From assembly GCF_007748075.1 (NCBI RefSeq), contig NZ_CP036280.1, forward strand, positions 1,560,001-1,592,000: 32,000 nt of DNA. The letters run 5' to 3'. Of this stretch, positions 27,118 through 32,000 are shown in pieces. This DNA is from Mucisphaera calidilacus. GTDB taxonomy: Bacteria; Planctomycetota; Phycisphaerae; Phycisphaerales; Phycisphaeraceae. The first letter of the stretch is position 1; every line of letters starts with the position of its first letter. Below the pieces are notes generated by a model that saw only the letters and a program-made list of their open reading frames with translations, had not been told where the DNA came from and searched no databases. A program made the translations under genes and the position numbers.

Positions 27118-28694
27118 GTGAGGGGTGTCGTCTTCGGGTTGTGGCGGAGGGGGTGGACGATGTGGTGATCGATGTGGGGCGTGATGCGCTGGGCGAGAGT
27201 GTGGCGGAGATTCTGTACGGAGCGGGTTTGGGGTTGAACACGCGTTGCGGGCGGCGGGGCGTGTGTGACGGGTGTTTCGTCGAGGAGCTTGGCCGCGAGC
27301 GTGTGGAGCGTCGGCGTGCGTGTGCGTGGCGTCTGGAGGCCGGCGAGGCGGTGATTCGGATTCCGCGTCGGAGTCGTGCGTCGCATCGGCCGCAGGTGCT
27401 GGAGCATTTTGATCTTCGGGTGCCTTATGCGCATGACCCGCTGGCGGATGAGGGCGTGGGGATTGCGGTTGATCTGGGAACGACGACGGTTGCGGTGGTG
27501 GTGGTTGATCTTGCGGACGGGCGTGTGCTGGCGCGTCGGAGCCGGTTCAACGGGCAGATTGAGCTGGGTGATGACGTGCTGAGTCGGATCAATCTGTGCG
27601 GTCGTGGCGCGGGGCAGTTGGTGTTGCTACAGAAGGCGGTGGTGGCGGGGACCTTGCGGCCGCTGATTCTTGAGGCCCTGGGAGAAGCCGGGGTAGAGCT
27701 GCGTGATCTGGGCTGCGTGACGGTAGCGGGGAACACGACGATGCTGCACCTGCTGGTGGGTGAGGATCCGACGCCGATGGGTGCGGTGCCTTTTACACCT
27801 GGGTTTGTGGAGCACCGCGTGGTGACGGCGGGGGAACTGGGGTTGGCGTTGCCGGGGTGTGGTGATCTGCCGGTGCACCTGCTGCCGTCGGTGAGTGCGT
27901 ACGTGGGTGCGGATGTGCTGGGGGGCGTGTTGTCGACGGGTCTGGCGTATGAGGCGGGTGCTTCGCTGCTGGTGGACGTGGGGACGAACGGCGAGATGGT
28001 GCTGGTTCATGAGGGGAAGATGACGGCTTGTGCGACGGCGGCGGGCCCGGCGTTTGAGGGTTCGGGGTTGTCGCACGGGATGCGGGCGGCGCGGGGGGCG
28101 ATTGAGCGGGTTGATCTGGAGCGCGAGCCGTTCGGGGTGGCGTGCGGGACGATCGGCGATGCGGAGGCGGAGGGGTTGTGCGGGACGGCTTATCTGGATC
28201 TGCTGGCGCAGGGGCGTGCCGTGGGGTTGTTCAACGAGCGGGGTCGGTTTGCGGATCCGCTGCCGGCGGGTGCCGAGTCGTGGATGGTTGATCACGAGGG
28301 TGTGCGTGGTCTGGCGGTGGCGGAGGGTGTGGTGGTGACGGAGGTGGACGTGGCCTTGTTGCTGCAGGCGAAGGGCGCGATCGCGGCGGGGATTCTGACG
28401 CTGCTGGAGCTTGCGGGCGTGTCGGCGTGTGATGTGGGGCGTGTTTATCTGGCGGGTGGGTTCGGGATGTCGTTACGGGTGGAGCATGCGATCGCGATGG
28501 GTTTGCTGCCCGGATTCAGGGTGGATCAGGTTTCGCTCGCGGGGAACAGCTCGCTGGCCAGTGCGTATCTGGCGTTGGTGGATCGGTCGTCGCTGGAGGA
28601 GTTGGAGCGGTTGCGCGGTGAGGTTGAGAGCATCGAGTTGAATCAGGTGGCGTCGTTTGAGGATCACTACATTGATTGTTTGTCGCTGGGTTAG
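27114..28694 (+). CDS. RACo-type ATP-dependent reductive activator of corrinoid proteins ([2Fe-2S] ferredoxin domain plus ASKHA ATPase domain, DUF4445)
   Basis: GTG 27114 with GGGGGAGG 8 nt upstream, overlapping the DUF1638 stop. Cys cluster CGRRGVCDGC...ACAW. ASKHA motifs GIAVDLGTTTVAV, LLVDVGTNGEMVL, AAGPAFEGSG and YLAGGFG. Confidence 0.9.
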   Translation: MSEGCRLRVVAEGVDDVVIDVGRDALGESVAEILYGAGLGLNTRCGRRGVCDGCFVEELGRERVERRRACAWRLEAGEAVIRIPRRSRASHRPQVLEHFDLRVPYAHDPLADEGVGIAVDLGTTTVAVVVVDLADGRVLARRSRFNGQIELGDDVLSRINLCGRGAGQLVLLQKAVVAGTLRPLILEALGEAGVELRDLGCVTVAGNTTMLHLLVGEDPTPMGAVPFTPGFVEHRVVTAGELGLALPGCGDLPVHLLPSVSAYVGADVLGGVLSTGLAYEAGASLLVDVGTNGEMVLVHEGKMTACATAAGPAFEGSGLSHGMRAARGAIERVDLEREPFGVACGTIGDAEAEGLCGTAYLDLLAQGRAVGLFNERGRFADPLPAGAESWMVDHEGVRGLAVAEGVVVTEVDVALLLQAKGAIAAGILTLLELAGVSACDVGRVYLAGGFGMSLRVEHAIAMGLLPGFRVDQVSLAGNSSLASAYLALVDRSSLEELERLRGEVESIELNQVASFEDHYIDCLSLG

Positions 28695-29356
28695 TGCAGG
28701 CAGCGGCGTGTCAGTGCCGCGAGGCCGAGTGTGAAGATTCCGATGCTGAGGGGTTCGGGGATGATGGTAGTGACGGTGAAGGTGCCGGGTTCGATGGTGG
28801 TGTCGAGGGCTGCGATGCCGTCGAGGGTGAGTGTGAATTCGCCAACGAGCAGGTCGTCCGCGAGGGTGAAGATGGTGGTCTGGTCTTCGAGATTGCCGGC
28901 CTGGATGATGAGCGAGCCGATGTAGACGTCGCGGCGGGCGCCGATGGGTTGCGGGGTTTCGGTGCCGAGGACGCCGAGTGGCTCGAAGGGGTCCTGGAAG
29001 AGGACGGTTCGGAGTTGATCGGGTGTGAGGGTGACGATGGGGCCGAGGGGGTCGTTGAAGTCGAGGTCGTTGGTGTTGAAGGCGGTCATGGTGGCGGGGT
29101 CGGTGTCGGCGGAGGTGGCGTCGACCCTGACGTCGAGGGAGATCAGGCCGTTCTCGGCGATGAGCGTCGAGATGGCGAGGTCGGGGATGTCTTCCTGGAG
29201 AAAGAGGTCGACGATGACGGTTTCGCCGACGAGGACTTCGTAGGCCGGCTCGGCGGCGACGAAGCGGAAGACGCCGGCATGGGCGGTGGTGCTCGCGGAG
29301 GCGAGTGCGAGCGCCGCGAGGATCAGCGTTGAGCAGAGTATGTTGTGGGTACGCAT
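28691..29356 (-). CDS. PEP-CTERM-anchored secreted protein, possibly with a cohesin-like beta-sandwich
   Basis: Preferred ATG 29356 (GGAGA 6 nt upstream). Signal peptide MRTHNILCSTLILAALALASASTTAHA. PEP-CTERM tail IPEPLSIGIFTLGLAALTRRCLH. The cohesin-like pattern (VLVGETVIVDLFL..., GLISLDVRVD..., VYIGSLIIQAGN..., GTFTVT) is judged by eye only. Confidence 0.6.
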   Translation of the reverse strand: MRTHNILCSTLILAALALASASTTAHAGVFRFVAAEPAYEVLVGETVIVDLFLQEDIPDLAISTLIAENGLISLDVRVDATSADTDPATMTAFNTNDLDFNDPLGPIVTLTPDQLRTVLFQDPFEPLGVLGTETPQPIGARRDVYIGSLIIQAGNLEDQTTIFTLADDLLVGEFTLTLDGIAALDTTIEPGTFTVTTIIPEPLSIGIFTLGLAALTRRCLH

Positions 29357-29421
29357 GGGATTCTCCAACTCCTCATCGGCCGGCCCTGAGCGGGGATGGT
29401 GGCCGTGTCGGTCTTGGTCAT

Positions 29422-32000
29422 TCAGGAACGCTGCTGCACCTCGTTGCGAGCGAGGCTGTAATCGTTGGCGTCGATGTCGCCATCGGCGTCGAGGTCGAGA
29501 TAGGCAATATATCCGGCGTCGCCTTCGAGGCTGCCGAGTGCGGTCCGGTAGAGCCGCAGGTCGATGGCCTCGACGGTGGTGTTGCCGTCGGTGTCACCGG
29601 GCAGGCTGATGATGTCGCCCTGTCCCTGCTGGCCGTCGTTGTTGCCGTCGGTGTCGCTGAGCAGGACGCCCTTGGTGGTGGCGATGACCATGGTGTCTAT
29701 GCGGAGTTCGAATCCGTTTTCGGATCCGAGTCCGACGAGGTCGGGGTCGATGCGGTCGGAGCCGCCGATGCCGTCGTCGGTGAGGTCGACGCGGAGCGTT
29801 CGTGTGACGGCGTCCCAGCTGTAGTCGCTGGCGTCGAGGACGTTGAGGATCAGCTGGTTGGTGTCGGCGTCGAAGAGTCGGACGGCGTCGACGATGGAGC
29901 CGTCGTTGATGAGTGACTGGAACTCCATGGGTGTGTTGAAGGTGACGGCGATGGAGGTGATGGTGGACCGCTGTGCCGCGCCGTCGTTGAGTTCGACGCT
30001 GGTAACGACGGGTTGGTCGCCGGCCTTGATCCATGAGGTCTGGAAGACGGTTTCGCCGAGGTTCCCGAAGAGGTCGGTGATGCCGTCGCCGTCGAGCGAG
30101 AGGACGTAGGTGCCGTCGTCTGCGGTGAGGTTGGTGAGTCCCTCGATGCGGTAGCGTGTGGTGGTGAGCCGTGTGAGTGTGGTGGAGCTGAGGTCGATGT
30201 CGTTGTTGTTGCGTGTGAGGTTGAGATCGTCGAGGTCGAGGGTGCCTTCGGCGAGTGGCTCGGAGACCGAGAAGGTGACGCTGTTGACCGGGCTGATGCG
30301 GTGATCGGGTGTGACGGTATCGAAGGTGACTACGGGTCCGTCGCCATCGATCGGCTCGTAGATGAGGGTGTAGGAGGTGCCGGTGTCTTCGGGGTCGCCC
30401 GTGGCTTCGGGTCGTGAGTCGAAGACGTGGATGATGTCTTCGTAGATGGGGAGCTGGTTGACGCCCGGGAAGGTTCGGTCCGTCTGCCAGAAGTTGTTGT
30501 CGAGCAGGGAGGATCCGTCCTGTCGCTGGACGTCGATGAGTCGGTAGCGTCCTCGGCCGGGGTCGTCGAAGCGGAAGTAGCCGTGGCCGTCGAAGGATTC
30601 GACGGTGACGGTGGTGGTGAGGTCGTTGAGGGTGACGTCGGCACCGATGTTGGTGACGACGAGGTCGCTGACGGGCTCGATGGAGCCGTCGGACTGGTGG
30701 ACCTCGTCGGGTATGAACTGCGGGTCTTCGGTGGCGTTGACGAGGAAGTCGGGCAGGTCGTCGGAGCCTTCGAGGTCGACCTGGACGGTGCGGATGGTTT
30801 CGTGGATGCGGACGTCCTTGACCTCGCCGAGTCGCTCGTCGCCGAGGGCGTTGACGTTTCGGAAGGAGGCGGAGAAGTCGACGAAGTGTCCCTGGATGGT
30901 GGATTCGAGGAACCAGAGGACGGTGACGATCTCGCCGGGCTCGATGTCGCCGAACTCGAGGTTGAAGGCGGGTGTGATGTTCTGGTTGTTGATCTGGCTG
31001 GCGAGGAGTGTGAAGTCGATCAGCAGGCCCTGTGCGTTGTCGATGATGCGCGGCTGGGCGGAGCTGAGCGTGACCTGGTTGGCGGTGCCGACGCCCTCGT
31101 TGCGGATGTAGACGCCGAGGTTGTAGGGCACGCTGGGTTCGATTTCCTGGGTGAACGGGTCGTCGGAGTAGACGTCGCGTTGGTGGTAGTAGTCGATGAA
31201 GAGCTGTGCTCGTGGCTCGACGGTGATGGTGACGGGAGTGAAGTCGCTGGTGACGAGTTGTCCGTTGTCGACGTAGCTGAGGGTTCCGCCCACGGAGTAG
31301 CCGGTGAGGCCCTCGGGGGCTGCCTCGTCGAGGGGCACGATGATCCAGGTGGAGGATCCTTCGGCGTTGGGTCCGATGAACCCGGTGCCGTCGACGGCGC
31401 TGATGCCGTCGAGGTCGGGTGCGGAGATGGCGAAGAGGTCGTTGGCGATGTTGCCCTGCGCGTCGAGGATCTTGATGTCGACGTCGATGTCGGAGAGCGG
31501 GTTGTCGGTGTCGTTGAAGAGGTCGAGTGTGGCGTCGAAGGCCTGGAGAGTGGTGGTCAGGTCCTGGCTGAGTTGCAGGGTGACGTTGGCCGAGACGAAC
31601 TCGGGCAGCTTGACGACGGGCTGTGGCGCGGGTGCGCGGAAGACGGGGATGACGGGTCCTGTGCCGCCGCCGCCGAAGCCGCCTCCGCCGCCAAAGCCGC
31701 CACCACCACCTCCTCCGCCGCCGCCGCCGGAGCGTGGGATGACGCTCGGGGGCAGGAAGCAGTTGCCGTCGACGTTGGTGATGTAGATCGGCGTGGTCTT
31801 GTTGACGGTGATGAGGCTGCCGGGAGCGCCGGTCTGGTAGGACCAGTTGACGCCTGCGCTAATATCACAGGCGATGAAGATGCCCGGGTCTTCGAGCACG
31901 GCGGTGCGGGTGACGATCACGGGGATGGTGACGTCGCTGGAGCCGGGCAGGGTGCCGAGGGTGTCGGTGAGGGGTGTGAACTCGTAGAAGGGGTGGTCTT
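29422..32000 (-). CDS. Very large secreted surface protein (N-terminus outside window): poly-Gly linker, CARDB/Ig-like beta-sandwich repeats, C-terminal dockerin-type repeats
   Basis: The frame stays open upstream of the caller's GTG at 31920 to the window edge (…DHPFYEFTPLTDTLGTLPGSSDVTIP-VIVTRT…). TGA at 29422. C-terminus GDTDGNTTVEAIDLRLY...DLDADGDIDANDYSLARN (two Ca-binding dockerin loops). No PEP-CTERM tail. Confidence 0.8.
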   Translation of the reverse strand, partial: DHPFYEFTPLTDTLGTLPGSSDVTIPVIVTRTAVLEDPGIFIACDISAGVNWSYQTGAPGSLITVNKTTPIYITNVDGNCFLPPSVIPRSGGGGGGGGGGGFGGGGGFGGGGTGPVIPVFRAPAPQPVVKLPEFVSANVTLQLSQDLTTTLQAFDATLDLFNDTDNPLSDIDVDIKILDAQGNIANDLFAISAPDLDGISAVDGTGFIGPNAEGSSTWIIVPLDEAAPEGLTGYSVGGTLSYVDNGQLVTSDFTPVTITVEPRAQLFIDYYHQRDVYSDDPFTQEIEPSVPYNLGVYIRNEGVGTANQVTLSSAQPRIIDNAQGLLIDFTLLASQINNQNITPAFNLEFGDIEPGEIVTVLWFLESTIQGHFVDFSASFRNVNALGDERLGEVKDVRIHETIRTVQVDLEGSDDLPDFLVNATEDPQFIPDEVHQSDGSIEPVSDLVVTNIGADVTLNDLTTTVTVESFDGHGYFRFDDPGRGRYRLIDVQRQDGSSLLDNNFWQTDRTFPGVNQLPIYEDIIHVFDSRPEATGDPEDTGTSYTLIYEPIDGDGPVVTFDTVTPDHRISPVNSVTFSVSEPLAEGTLDLDDLNLTRNNNDIDLSSTTLTRLTTTRYRIEGLTNLTADDGTYVLSLDGDGITDLFGNLGETVFQTSWIKAGDQPVVTSVELNDGAAQRSTITSIAVTFNTPMEFQSLINDGSIVDAVRLFDADTNQLILNVLDASDYSWDAVTRTLRVDLTDDGIGGSDRIDPDLVGLGSENGFELRIDTMVIATTKGVLLSDTDGNNDGQQGQGDIISLPGDTDGNTTVEAIDLRLYRTALGSLEGDAGYIAYLDLDADGDIDANDYSLARNEVQQRS
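31663..31728 (-). repeat. Low-complexity GGN codon run encoding G11-F-G5-F-G4
   Basis: Read directly: GGC GGC GGC GGC GGA GGA GGT GGT GGT GGC GGC TTT GGC GGC GGA GGC GGC TTC GGC GGC GGC GGC on the minus strand. Confidence 0.9.

Noticed and set aside
22017-28694. A methylamine-type (pyrrolysine-containing) or methanol-type methyltransferase system.
   Set aside because: No MttB/MtbB/MtmB- or MtaB-like ORF is present. No in-frame UAG interrupts any gene in the cluster, and no pyl genes are in the window.
31304-31786. Plus-strand ORF containing a PPPKPPPPPKPPPPPPPPPPP tract.
   Set aside because: It is the antisense reading of the poly-Gly GGN run in the giant surface-protein gene. The minus-strand frame is continuous and domain-rich over more than 2.5 kb.

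Overview
High-GC bacterial window that is almost entirely coding: 25 CDS, with no rRNA, tRNA, CRISPR array, transposase or integrase recognised by eye. A prepilin-type H-X9-DG/DUF1559 protein, four PEP-CTERM-anchored secreted proteins and non-cellulosomal dockerin repeats suggest a PVC-superphylum organism (Planctomycetota/Phycisphaerae-, Verrucomicrobiota- or Kiritimatiellota-like; inference). Most of the window is a glycan-utilisation island. It holds a CUT1-type sugar ABC importer and PfkB kinase (263-5416, +). A long minus-strand operon (5401-15264) holds a PhyH-like dioxygenase, GH172/DUF2961, a secreted clan GH-A hydrolase with dockerins, a GH38 alpha-mannosidase, a GH39-like hydrolase, a DUF1559 pseudopilin-like protein and a PEP-CTERM protein. 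There is also a GntR-HTH/sugar-binding regulator (15389-16492) and a GxGYxYP-like / D-lyxose(mannose) isomerase / amidohydrolase operon (16710-20418). The most unusual content is a complete-looking corrinoid methyl-transfer module inside this island (22017-28694): a B12-binding corrinoid protein, two URO-D/MtaA-superfamily methyltransferase candidates (one fused to a CxxC thioredoxin-like domain), a COG0523 GTPase, DUF1638 and a RACo-type reductive activase. I propose it is a corrinoid-dependent demethylase for O-methylated sugars (hypothesis). Independently, the whole window shows an extreme strand asymmetry: wobble positions are G/T in every plus-strand gene and C/A in every minus-strand gene. 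The C-terminal two thirds of the DUF1559 gene breaks this pattern. The right end encodes a possible cohesin-like PEP-CTERM protein next to a very large dockerin-bearing surface protein with a poly-Gly linker.
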